24,096 nucleotides of DNA from a virus (lineage: Duplodnaviria > Caudoviricetes): positions 1 to 24,096 of the IMG/VR virus record IMGVR_UViG_3300048862_000005, one strand, 5' to 3'. This document shows, one piece after another, positions 1-7,943 of the stretch. The position numbers and the translations under genes were made by a program. Positions within the stretch are counted from its first letter, which is position 1. Every line of letters starts with the position of its first letter. The notes under the pieces were generated by a model. That model was given only the letters and a program-made list of their open reading frames with translations, ran no database searches and was not told the DNA's origin.

Positions 1-68
1 GTGATGTCCTTGGCATCGTTCAGGCCGGCGGGGTGCTTGCTTTCTGCGCTGATCGTTATCTTGTTCAT
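1..68 (-). CDS. 5' end of a pL-operon gene running off the window (MNKITISAESKHPAGLNDAKDI...)
   Basis: ATG at 68, one base after the TGA of the 70..414 ORF; frame open to the window edge. Confidence 0.55.
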   Translation of the reverse strand, partial: MNKITISAESKHPAGLNDAKDI

Positions 69-69
69 C

Positions 70-414
70 TCAGTGCGTCCTTTCTAAATTTTTGACATCG
101 CAGATAGCTTCTGTTTCTGCATCCTCGCGCATCGTGTCCAGCACAATGCTCTTGACCATCGCGCCAAACTGAGCGTCGCTTATCAGCCATGCGGTGCGCA
201 GTACTTCGCCGTGCTTCGACTGCATCGCGCTATGCATCCCGCCCACGATGTCGTCATACGTCAGCCTGTTGACCTTGCTTGTGAACTTCTCTTTGGCGAT
301 GGACGCGATGAGTTCGTCACGCTCCGTCTCGGCGTCTGCGCGCTCGTCCATTTCGGCCTTTTCGCGGGCGTAGTAGTAGTCCTGGAGTTGATCCATATCT
401 GCATAAAGGGCCAT
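70..414 (-). CDS. phage hypothetical protein (early left operon)
   Basis: 114 aa ORF with strong RBS (AAGGAGG) upstream on the minus strand; downstream of pL. Confidence 0.8.
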   Translation of the reverse strand: MALYADMDQLQDYYYAREKAEMDERADAETERDELIASIAKEKFTSKVNRLTYDDIVGGMHSAMQSKHGEVLRTAWLISDAQFGAMVKSIVLDTMREDAETEAICDVKNLERTH

Positions 415-625
415 AGCTGCCTCCTTTACCTATTGGTAAGTGCTGCGCATCGAAGGAACAGTGGTTAATCAACGCTATACAATATGCACTACTAATTTTG
501 TATCGCTTGGCTTGAAGCTTAGGTACTTGTTGTGTTCAGTGAATGGCGCTGTGTATCAGCCGACAATGTTGGTGCCTAAAGACACTTAACGTTGCTTGTG
601 AACTGCCGTCGCGTGTGCCGACACG

Positions 626-641
626 CTGTGGGAATGTACAG
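626..641. promoter_or_regulatory. putative LexA (SOS) box CTGT-GGGAATGT-ACAG
   Basis: Exact CTGT-N8-ACAG in the pL leader region. Confidence 0.35.
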
Positions 642-704
642 AAACTGCTGATGAAGTTGGGGCGTAAACATGACCTCACCGATCGAATCGTTGACGATGG
701 GTGC

Positions 705-744
705 ATCATAGGCCAAGCCTAATAATTTTGCAAGGCATTGCCTA
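705..744 (-). promoter_or_regulatory. pL promoter with two repressor operators (OL)
   Basis: Minus strand TTGCAA(733-728)-17 bp-TATGAT(710-705); 13-bp palindromes TAGGCCAAGCCTA (709-721) and AAGGCATTGCCTA (732-744) match the operators between cI and cro. Confidence 0.8.
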
Positions 745-749
745 ATTTT

Positions 750-965
750 TTAGGCGTCGGGCGTAACCGATGGCTGCCTTTGATTCTTAATATTTCGAAG
801 AAGAACGATTTGTGCTTTTGCAAAAGCTTCGGCTGCGTCGATGAGATCGTATTGCCATGCACCATGCAAGTCCAGCACTGTACGTCCAGGCGCAACTTTT
901 GTAAGCGTCGCGCGGGAAGGGCAAACTTCGTCTGGCTCGCATCCGGGAAAGTAATGGACAGTCAT
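750..965 (-). CDS. small hypothetical protein downstream of cI (rex-like accessory position)
   Basis: 71 aa ORF co-oriented with cI, ending just before OL; no clear RBS. Confidence 0.4.
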   Translation of the reverse strand: MTVHYFPGCEPDEVCPSRATLTKVAPGRTVLDLHGAWQYDLIDAAEAFAKAQIVLLRNIKNQRQPSVTPDA

Positions 966-1179
966 GCTGCGTGTGGAGCAACGTAGATTGCATTACTGCA
1001 CGGTTGGGAATTGGAACGCTTTAGGAGCATGGCCTCGTGCATCCTGCTTTTCTTTTGATGGACAGGCTATCAAAGAGGGCTAGGGTGACATCACGCTGTA
1101 GCACACGAGCTATCCTCTGGTACGGCTGCCAAGTGACTCAGCTCTTAACATTGTAAGGCGACAAACATGCGTGCCCACA

Positions 1180-1626
1180 CTAGGCTTTGCGCTGATGCGC
1201 TGGTTCCTCTCTTATGCCCAAGTTAGCGTCATCAACAATGAATCTTCGGCCGGTAAGACGTGTTTTCTCTCGCGACTCTACAGGCGGAATTAGCAACTCA
1301 AGCGCGCGAGCTATCCTATCAATTTCTTCGTCGGAGCGACCTTCAAGCACTTTTGCCAAACGCATCAGCCTTGGTGGAAAACCAGGGGACGCGTTGCCCT
1401 TAACACTTTCTTCTCCTGTGATCCACCAATCTGCAGTATGTCCGAAGACTTCAACAAGCTGAGGAATGTGTTTTTTCGCAATGCGCCCAAAGTTCAGCCA
1501 GTCGTACACAGACGGTGCTTTAACGCCGAATAGCGTCGCGACCTCCGATACAGACATGCCACGCGCTTGCATCTCGTCACGTAGACGATTCCCAATGTGA
1601 CGTTCGGTGTGTGTTGGCGTAGTCAT
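1180..1626 (-). CDS. cI: CI-type phage repressor (XRE HTH) without an S24 autocleavage domain
   Basis: HTH motif GNRLRDEMQARGMSVSEVATLFGVKAPSVYDWLNFG; divergent from cro; ATG 1626 preferred because the longer frame overlaps the operators. Confidence 0.85.
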   Translation of the reverse strand: MTTPTHTERHIGNRLRDEMQARGMSVSEVATLFGVKAPSVYDWLNFGRIAKKHIPQLVEVFGHTADWWITGEESVKGNASPGFPPRLMRLAKVLEGRSDEEIDRIARALELLIPPVESREKTRLTGRRFIVDDANLGIREEPAHQRKA

Positions 1627-1631
1627 GCCTC

Positions 1632-1694
1632 CATTAGGCAACGCCGAACATATTTCGGCAATGCCTTGACTTATGTGTAGGTTATACCTAATAT
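1632..1694. promoter_or_regulatory. OR region: three 13-bp operators with pR and putative pRM
   Basis: TAGGCAACGCCGA 1635-1647, TCGGCAATGCCTT 1655-1667, TAGGTTATACCTA 1678-1690; pR TTGACT(1666-1671)-17-TAATAT(1689-1694); pRM-like TTGCCG-17-CCTAAT on the minus strand. Confidence 0.8.
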
Positions 1695-1701
1695 CTGTCA
1701 T

Positions 1702-1959
1702 ATGGATCATTTTGCCCCGATCAAAGAAGCCTGCGATACGGCAAACGGACTGAGTGGCTTCGCCCGAATGGTGGGAGTCAAACCTCCAACCGCTTACGAA
1801 TGGCTAACGCGTCAAAGGCCAGTACCACCGCATCGATGTGTGCTTATCGAAAAGATTTTCCCGACATCTACGAGGAAACGCCTCCGTCCTAGCGACTGGA
1901 TGCTGATCTGGCCGGAGTTAGCGGAAGAAGAGCAGCTTGCCTCACGGGAGGCGGCATGA
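1702..1959 (+). CDS. cro: Cro/YdaS-like transcriptional regulator
   Basis: HTH (GLSGFARMVGVKPPTAYEW), LRPxDW..IWPEL C-terminal motif typical of betaproteobacterial Cro; divergent from cI. Confidence 0.85.
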   Translation: MDHFAPIKEACDTANGLSGFARMVGVKPPTAYEWLTRQRPVPPHRCVLIEKIFPTSTRKRLRPSDWMLIWPELAEEEQLASREAA

Positions 1960-2336
1960 AGCGTGCAGTACTCCAGTCCTCCACGAAGGCAAAACGTGCC
2001 GCCGCTGCATTCTGGCTGAAAACCCAACGCACCTCGGAAGACCGAGTCGCGATGCACGACCTGTTCCGCTGCGCTTGCGGGGGCGAAACAGAAGCACTGA
2101 TCGAATGGCTCAGGGCTACGAGGAATGATCCGGAATTTCTCCCAGCAAAGCCTTCGCTAGCTGCACAGATTGAGCAACTTGAGGATCGGGTTTCTCGCCT
2201 GGAATCTGGAGTTTCTGTTCGTACCACTCGATCTTCGCCTTCCACGTCGCCCGCAAACGCTCCGGCTGCGGGTGAGTTTGAAAGACGGCAGAGATTGCGT
2301 CGAGCAATAGAAGCGTTATTGCGTTTTCGCTCATAG
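1956..2336 (+). CDS. hypothetical protein coupled to cro (3' half overlaps an antisense gene)
   Basis: ATGA overlap with the cro stop codon. Confidence 0.4.
   Translation: MKRAVLQSSTKAKRAAAAFWLKTQRTSEDRVAMHDLFRCACGGETEALIEWLRATRNDPEFLPAKPSLAAQIEQLEDRVSRLESGVSVRTTRSSPSTSPANAPAAGEFERRQRLRRAIEALLRFRS
2116..2334 (-). CDS. small antisense-oriented hypothetical protein (MSENAITLLLLDAISAVFQTHP...)
   Basis: 72 aa; AAGGA RBS upstream of ATG 2334; protein-like composition. Confidence 0.6.
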   Translation of the reverse strand: MSENAITLLLLDAISAVFQTHPQPERLRATWKAKIEWYEQKLQIPGEKPDPQVAQSVQLAKALLGEIPDHSS

Positions 2337-2358
2337 GGGCTTCCTTTCGTGGAATGAG

Positions 2359-2752
2359 TTGATGTCGATGGCCTGCAAGCCGGGGTCGATTCTGACACGC
2401 TGTATCGATGCGCAACTGTCGATGACAGCGGCCATCCGCCTGTGTCAGCAGATGTCCGGTTTGGACGACAAAAAGATCGTCGGGAAACAGGGCATTGTCG
2501 CTGACGTGGCGCAGTGGTCGCGCATCACCAGAAGCGGCCAACCTTACTTCCCCTAGGACAAGCTAAACGCCTTCATGGATTTGTGCCGCAACGAGGCACC
2601 GCTGATCTGGCTGGCCCGGTCGCGAGGGTATGACCTCACCCCGCTTGAGACCGAGATGGAGCGGCGTCTGCGCCTGGAGCGCGAGAAAACCGACGAACTT
2701 GAGCGGGAAAAACATGCTGCTCAAAAAGCTGCTGACGGGGAGGACGGAGTGA
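2359..2752 (+). pseudogene. CII-position regulator pseudogene (amber stop plus frameshift)
   Basis: In-frame TAG at 2554-2556, frame continues DKLNAFMDLCRNEAPLIWLA; removing one A from the A5 run at about 2708-2712 gives ...ELERENMLLKKLLTGRTE* ending in a GTGA overlap with the next gene. Confidence 0.65.
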
Positions 2753-2949
2753 AAAAGGCCCATTGCACATTGATTGAAATGCAGGCCTTTGCTGCCGCTT
2801 GCATACAATTCGATGGCCGAGTGCCCAAACCGCATAATCCCTATCTGTTCGATGATGGACGGCACAGGCTCTGGCAGCAAGCATTCGAAGCCGCCCAAAA
2901 ACGCGTGCGTAATCGATTTGGAGCATCCGAAGGAATCGACTATGCCTAG
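2749..2949 (+). CDS. small phage hypothetical protein (VKKAHCTLIEMQAFAAAC...)
   Basis: GTG at 2749 with GGAGG RBS; overlaps the start of the replication gene. Confidence 0.6.
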   Translation: MKKAHCTLIEMQAFAAACIQFDGRVPKPHNPYLFDDGRHRLWQQAFEAAQKRVRNRFGASEGIDYA

Positions 2950-3700
2950 CAGACTAATTAGAGAAGGGATTCTTACAAGTGAGCGCATAGACAAACTTGA
3001 TGCACCTGCCGAGGTTTTTTATCGGCGGCTTATGAGCAAGGTTGACGACCACGGGCTTTACGACGCTCGTGTGGCGATCCTGCGTTCATCCCTCTATCCG
3101 CTGCGGGTTAACCGTGTGCGTGAGGCCGACATTTCCCGTTGGATCGCTGCGTGCGAGAAGGCCGGTTTGATCGCTCTCTATGAACACGATGGCAAGCCCT
3201 ATTTGCAGATGCTGGATACGCGATGGTCTACCCGGTCAGCGCCTAAATTTCCGTTGCCGCCAACCGATTGCAATCCAGAACAACCGCTTTCAGCTGAGAG
3301 CAGCTGCAAACAGTTGAAAACAACTGTTTGCCTAGACGGAGACGGAGTCGTAGTCGAAGACGATATACCTACCCCCCTACCTAGCGCGCGCGCAGGCGAA
3401 AACTCGGCGTTTCGGATGTTCGTGGATTGGAAGCCGTCGCCGCATCTGTCAACGCTGGCACACCAGTCGGGTTTGCCGATGCCAGACAGCAATGCATTCA
3501 ATGCCGCCATCGGTGAATTCATCGCGTACTGGCTCACCCAGACCAAAGCCAGGACACAGCACGAGTGGGATCACGCGTTAGTGAAGGCCCTTCAAGGCAA
3601 TCGCCTGCGCGGATCGAGCCAGAAAACGACATCCGGTAGGCAGCTGCCGAAATCGGAAAACTTCGCCGCGATCGATTACGGTGAGGGGGGCAGGCTATGA
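2942..3700 (+). CDS. phage replication initiator with DnaT-like C-terminal domain
   Basis: MPSRLIREGILTSERI N-terminus, internal iterons, C-terminal F.M..DW.P...EFIAYW...EWDHALVKAL; followed by a DnaC-like ATPase. Confidence 0.8.
   Translation: MPSRLIREGILTSERIDKLDAPAEVFYRRLMSKVDDHGLYDARVAILRSSLYPLRVNRVREADISRWIAACEKAGLIALYEHDGKPYLQMLDTRWSTRSAPKFPLPPTDCNPEQPLSAESSCKQLKTTVCLDGDGVVVEDDIPTPLPSARAGENSAFRMFVDWKPSPHLSTLAHQSGLPMPDSNAFNAAIGEFIAYWLTQTKARTQHEWDHALVKALQGNRLRGSSQKTTSGRQLPKSENFAAIDYGEGGRL
3261..3363. repeat. putative phage origin: 10-bp phased iterons, inverted repeat and 6-bp repeats
   Basis: Related hexamers (CAACCG, CAATCC, CAACCG, CAGCTG, CAGCTG, CAGTTG, CAACTG) every 10 bp from 3261 to 3321; perfect IR GCAAACAGTTG-AAAA-CAACTGTTTGC 3306-3331; AGWCGN x5 at 3334-3363. 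Confidence 0.7.
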
Positions 3701-4530
3701 ACCGTGCAGCGGAAACGCTCAAGCGGGGCGGGGTCCATGCCGAACCTCAAACCCGCATGGCTGTATGCGATAAGCACGGCGAGTACGAGGCCAAGTGCTT
3801 TATCGGTCAGATTTGGTCAAAATGCCCGATGTGCAACGCCGAAGTTCAGACACGGGAAAAGGCGGAGGCCGAAGCCAAAAGCCGCGAGGCGAAATTGCAG
3901 GCTTGGCAAAAGCGCATTGAGGGGGCGGGCATTCCTGAGCGGTTCCAAAATCGCAGCCTCAAGTCGTTCGTCGCTGAGCATCCCGGCCAGAAACGCGCAC
4001 TCGCGTTCGCCACGTCCTACGCCGATGGCTTCGATGACGTGCTGAAAACTGGTCGCTCGGCCGTATTTGTCGGGAAACCCGGCACTGGCAAGACTCACCT
4101 TTCTGTGGGCATTGGCCTTCGCATCATGCACCGCGACAACCGCACGGTGCTGTTCACGTCTGTGCTGCGTGCAATTCGCCGGGTCAAGGAATCGTGGCGC
4201 AGAAATAGCCCGGAAAGCGAGAGCGAGGCGATCACGCATTTTGTGCAGCCCGATCTGCTCATCTTCGATGAAGTCGGCCAGCAGTTCGGCAGCGACACCG
4301 AGAAGTTGATCCTGTTCGATATCCTCAACGAGCGGTACGAGAAGCGAAGGCCAACGCTATTGCTCGCCAATGTGCCGCTTGAGGACTACCGGCGCAAAGA
4401 CGATCCGCCGGATTCGCCTTTGCGCCCGGGCGTTATCTCTTATCTTGGTGAGCGATTAATCGACAGGTTGCGCGAGGACGGCGGGGAGATCGTTCCATTT
4501 GATTTCGAGAGCATGAGGGGGAGACTGTGA
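3697..4530 (+). CDS. DnaC/IstB-like AAA+ helicase loader
   Basis: Walker A GKPGTGKT, Walker B LLIFDE, N-terminal CxxH/CxxC zinc motif, R-finger DRLRE. Confidence 0.9.
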   Translation: MNRAAETLKRGGVHAEPQTRMAVCDKHGEYEAKCFIGQIWSKCPMCNAEVQTREKAEAEAKSREAKLQAWQKRIEGAGIPERFQNRSLKSFVAEHPGQKRALAFATSYADGFDDVLKTGRSAVFVGKPGTGKTHLSVGIGLRIMHRDNRTVLFTSVLRAIRRVKESWRRNSPESESEAITHFVQPDLLIFDEVGQQFGSDTEKLILFDILNERYEKRRPTLLLANVPLEDYRRKDDPPDSPLRPGVISYLGERLIDRLREDGGEIVPFDFESMRGRL

Positions 4531-4670
4531 CGCATCAGTCTTTGTCGAAGCATCCAGTGATCGTGAAGTTTGGTTCATGCATCGAAGCAAGCCAGTCGTT
4601 GCGTTTAGCGATGTTGGCAGCCGTCAGCCTGTTTCAGGACGCACCGTCAAACCATTCTGGACTGGTTTGA
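4527..4670 (+). CDS. possible 47 aa hypothetical protein or remnant
   Basis: GTGA overlap with the DnaC-like stop codon and GGGGAG RBS. Confidence 0.3.
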   Translation: MTHQSLSKHPVIVKFGSCIEASQSLRLAMLAAVSLFQDAPSNHSGLV

Positions 4671-4726
4671 GCAGCCCTCTTTGGCTTTGCTGACCGAGAA
4701 ATCGCCGTCCAACCAGGGACACTGAT

Positions 4727-5167
4727 TTGAATTTTTGCGAAGTAAAAATAGCAGAATCCATCACTTTCACCATTGCCGGCGAGCCGGCCGCAAAGGGGCG
4801 GGCTCGCTCGTTCGTTCGCGACGGGCATGTCGCGCACTACACGCCGGAAAAGACCGCCCGCTACGAGAACCTCGTTCGATTAGCCGCGCAACAGGCAATG
4901 GGCAGCACGGCTCCGGTCGAAGGGGCGGTGTCTCTGGTTGTCCGCGCCTTTCTCTCCATCCCGACCAGTTGGAGCCTGAAGAAGCAGCGTGCGGCAGCGA
5001 TGGGTGAAATCAAACCCACCAAGCGCCCGGACCTCGACAACCTCCTCAAGGCGATTGCAGACGGTGCAAACGGCGTGATATGGCGGGACGATTGTCAGAT
5101 TACAGACACGCGAGTCAGCAAACAGTATGGGACGCCTCGCGTCGAAGTGGAAGTGAGAATCAGCTAA
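4727..5167 (+). CDS. rusA: RusA family Holliday junction resolvase (start uncertain)
   Basis: ITFTIAGEPAAKGRAR, KRPDLDNLLKAIADGANG, WRDDCQI motifs. Confidence 0.85.
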   Translation: MNFCEVKIAESITFTIAGEPAAKGRARSFVRDGHVAHYTPEKTARYENLVRLAAQQAMGSTAPVEGAVSLVVRAFLSIPTSWSLKKQRAAAMGEIKPTKRPDLDNLLKAIADGANGVIWRDDCQITDTRVSKQYGTPRVEVEVRIS

Positions 5168-5188
5168 GCTGGATTCGCAAAGAGAAAA

Positions 5189-5779
5189 ATGGATATCCAA
5201 TTCAAGAGCGCGTTCGACGCGGTGCGGTTTGCGCTGTGCTACTCGTCGCAGCAGTACGGCGAGACGCTGATAGCAAAGCGTCTGCGTGGCGAGTTAGTCG
5301 GCAGCGGGATGGGGTTGGTCGGGCTCGATGGCGCGGGGCAGGCGGGGCTCATCCGCCGCAGAATCGAGGAGCTTCCTGAGTTGCATATGTCTGTCATCAT
5401 CGCGCGCGCGGCGCCGCGTGACCTGCCGTGCTCGTGCAGATCGACATGCTGCAGCGGCCGCACACCGAACCTCGAGTGGCGAGCGGCGATTGGTTGGCTG
5501 ACCACCGCGTCCGCTGCATACTGCTCGGGCTTCTCACACTATCGTGTGCGACGAGCCATCATTGAACGTATGTTCGGGGTGAAGTGTGACCTCGCCGATA
5601 TTGCGCACGACTGTACCGTGCATGTAAATACGGTTAGCAAGCAGAATGCGGCGGTGCGCCGCTGGATCGAGGGCGATCGGAAAAACGACAAAGACCCCGG
5701 CGTCGAGCGTGTTGCGTGGTCGGCACTTGAGCGTCGGTTCGATGAGATCAAGCTGTTGAAGCGGGCGGCGGAAGTCTGA
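5189..5779 (+). CDS. putative late-gene regulator (Q-position, Cys-rich with C-terminal HTH-like segment)
   Basis: Last early gene before the late promoter; CSCxxxCC cluster; LADIAHDCTVHVNTVSK HTH-like stretch. Confidence 0.6.
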   Translation: MDIQFKSAFDAVRFALCYSSQQYGETLIAKRLRGELVGSGMGLVGLDGAGQAGLIRRRIEELPELHMSVIIARAAPRDLPCSCRSTCCSGRTPNLEWRAAIGWLTTASAAYCSGFSHYRVRRAIIERMFGVKCDLADIAHDCTVHVNTVSKQNAAVRRWIEGDRKNDKDPGVERVAWSALERRFDEIKLLKRAAEV

Positions 5780-5818
5780 TTTGGCCGCTTGTAATGCTCA
5801 CCGGATTCATCGGGCTGC

Positions 5819-6001
5819 TCATGCAGCTAGCTCTGCTGTTAGCTCTGGGTGGCGCACGATTAGCCGCATCAGGCATAGTACGCCTCCCGGGGTCGTCACT
5901 CGGCCGGTCCGAGATTGGGCTTCGGTCAGCGCCTGTCGCAAATCTGGCAGTGGCTCGCCTGCGTCCGCTTCGATGGCCTTGGCAATTTTTTCCACGTCCA
6001 T
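5819..6001 (-). pseudogene. HigA-like antitoxin apparently lacking its HTH
   Basis: Directly downstream of the toxin; N-terminal MDVEKIAKAIEADAG joined directly to C-terminal PGGVLCLMRLIVRHPEL; only 60 aa. Confidence 0.55.
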
Positions 6002-6002
6002 G

Positions 6003-6298
6003 TCACACTACCTTTTGAATGTCCTTGGGAAGCATGTTCTCTCGCTCGGCTTTGGCATAAACAGCTACGAGCAGCACCGCTTCCTCATCGGCCAGATTGA
6101 AGTAGATTACCCGCGCACCATTGGATTTCCTGTGCCTGCGCGTTTCCAGCGCACCTTGCGCGCTCCATCCGCACCGGGAATCACGTCGCCCACGTCCGCG
6201 TGGTTCGCAATCCAAGCGATGAATTCCAGGCGCTCGTCCTCGGACCAAAGGCGTTCGGCTTGCTTTTGGAAGGTGAGGGTTTCGATGACGGTGCGCAT
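6003..6298 (-). pseudogene. RelE/HigB-2-like toxin, frameshifted
   Basis: MRTVIETLTF...GDVIPGADGARKVRW in one frame, KSNGARVIYF...LLVAVYAK in another; 1-nt loss at about 6128. Confidence 0.85.
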
Positions 6299-6304
6299 GG
6301 GATG

Positions 6305-6333
6305 AATATACGGGAATCCCGCATAAACTTAAG
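6305..6333 (-). promoter_or_regulatory. TA promoter and operator palindrome
   Basis: Imperfect IR TATACGGGA-A-TCCCGCATA (6307-6325) overlapping a TATATT -10 located 6 nt before the toxin ATG. Confidence 0.6.
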
Positions 6334-6351
6334 ATTGAGTGCACGACCCAC

Positions 6352-6380
6352 TTGACAATGTGTGTTTTACACACAATAAT
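6352..6380 (+). promoter_or_regulatory. late promoter (pR'-like)
   Basis: TTGACA-17 bp-AATAAT; spacer contains IR TGTGTGT-TTT-ACACACA (6359-6375). Confidence 0.75.
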
Positions 6381-6465
6381 CCGCAATATTCGATACACGT
6401 CATACGTGCGTCCAAAGTCAGTATAGTGCTAGTTTTGCAACTCTAGCCCCCGTATTCAATCGCAA

Positions 6466-6510
6466 CGAAACCCGCGTGCAGCCCAGTGCTGGCGCGGGTT
6501 TCGCGTTTTC
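6466..6510 (+). terminator. intrinsic terminator after the late promoter (tR'-like)
   Basis: CGAAACCCGCG / CGCGGGTTTCG stem followed by CGTTTTC. Confidence 0.6.
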
Positions 6511-6524
6511 AGCCCCGCTCTTTC

Positions 6525-7943
6525 ATGCGTGATCTGATCGTCAAGAGCTGCCCGATATCGGCGCTGATCCCGTACTGCCGGAATTCGCGCACTCACTCGG
6601 ACGCGCAGGTGGCGCAGATTGCTGCGAGCATCCGCGAATTCGGCTGGACAAATCCGGTGCTAATCGATGGCGAGAGCGGCATCATCGCCGGGCATGGCCG
6701 CGTGCTGGCAGCCCGTAAACTCGGCTTGTCTGAGGTGCCGTGCATTGAAATCTGCGACATAACCGAAGCGCAGAAACGTGCCTATGTCATCGCTGACAAC
6801 AAGCTTGCTGAAAACGCTGAATGGGATAAGGAACTGCTGGCGCTCGAACTCGGCGAACTCAAGGCAGATGGGTTTGATCTCGATCTGATTGGCTTCGATG
6901 CCCTGGAGCTTGGGGAGTTGATCGACCTTGACCGCAGCCCGAATGGACTGCGCAAGCCATTACCATCGCTGGCCGACCGCTTTGGCATCGCACCTTTCTC
7001 CGTGCTCGATGCTCGGCGCAGCTGGTGGACCGAGCGCAAACGCGCATGGCTTAATAGCGGTATTGTGTCAGAAGCGGGGCGCGGTGAATTGCTGACCTTC
7101 GCGCTATCTGCCCAGCCGCCGCGCGTGTACGAGGCAAAGAACCAATACGAAGCAGCTGTTAGCCGCACGGTATCGTGGGAAGAGTTCGCTGAAGCGCAGC
7201 CCGACGCCATAGTGGCAAGCGGCACTAGCGTCTTTGACCCGGTTCTGTGCGAATTGGCCTATCGCTGGTTTTGCCCGCCCGGCGGTCAGATTCTCGACCC
7301 CTTCGCTGGTGGCAGCGTTCGTGGGTGGGTGGCAGCCAAGACCTGTCGCCAATATGTCGGCTGCGACCTTCGTCGTGAACAGGTCGAGAAAAACCACGCA
7401 CAGTGGGATGCAGCGAACCCCGACGACGCAATTAACCCAGTGTGGGTGTGTGGTGACAGCCGCGAGATTGACCGCCATGCCCAAGGGATTGAAGCAGACA
7501 TGATTTTTTCGTGCCCGCCGTATGCTGACCTAGAGGTCTATTCAGACGATCCCGCCGATTTATCGAACATGGGCTACGCTGAGTTCGTTGAGGCCTACCG
7601 TGAAATCATCCGCAAGTCTGTTTCGCTGCTCAAGCAAGACCGCTTTGCCTGCTTTGTGGTTGGCGAGGTGCGAGGCAGGGATGGGGTATATCGCAACTTC
7701 GTCGGCGACACCATCCAGGCATTCATTGATGCGGGAGCAAGCTACTACAACGAAGCGATTCTGGTAACGAACATCGGATCGTTGGCAATACGCGCCGCTG
7801 CGGGATTCACCAAGAGTCGCAAGTTTGGAAAAACGCATCAGAACGTGCTTGTGTTTGTAAAGGGCGACGCGAAAGCGGCAACTGCTGCGTGCGGTACCGT
7901 GGAAGTTGATCCCGCGCTATTCGAGGCCGAAGCGGTCGAGTAG
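6525..7943 (+). CDS. ParB/Srx N-terminal domain fused to an amino-type DNA methyltransferase
   Basis: NSRTHS..QIAASIREFGWTNPVLID..IIAGHGR (ParB-like); SAM motif LDPFAGGSVRG; catalytic-like SCPPY. Confidence 0.85.
   Translation: MRDLIVKSCPISALIPYCRNSRTHSDAQVAQIAASIREFGWTNPVLIDGESGIIAGHGRVLAARKLGLSEVPCIEICDITEAQKRAYVIADNKLAENAEWDKELLALELGELKADGFDLDLIGFDALELGELIDLDRSPNGLRKPLPSLADRFGIAPFSVLDARRSWWTERKRAWLNSGIVSEAGRGELLTFALSAQPPRVYEAKNQYEAAVSRTVSWEEFAEAQPDAIVASGTSVFDPVLCELAYRWFCPPGGQILDPFAGGSVRGWVAAKTCRQYVGCDLRREQVEKNHAQWDAANPDDAINPVWVCGDSREIDRHAQGIEADMIFSCPPYADLEVYSDDPADLSNMGYAEFVEAYREIIRKSVSLLKQDRFACFVVGEVRGRDGVYRNFVGDTIQAFIDAGASYYNEAILVTNIGSLAIRAAAGFTKSRKFGKTHQNVLVFVKGDAKAATAACGTVEVDPALFEAEAVE

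Noticed and set aside
576-671. 31-aa minus-strand ORF just after pL (N-like position)
   Set aside because: RBS too close to the ATG and no recognisable motif; cannot be supported
1627-1710. N-terminal extension of CI in the ORF track
   Set aside because: Runs across the operators, pR and the cro start
2575-2949. 124-aa ORF as a real gene
   Set aside because: Best explained as a frameshift fusion of the CII-like remnant with the GTG-2749 gene
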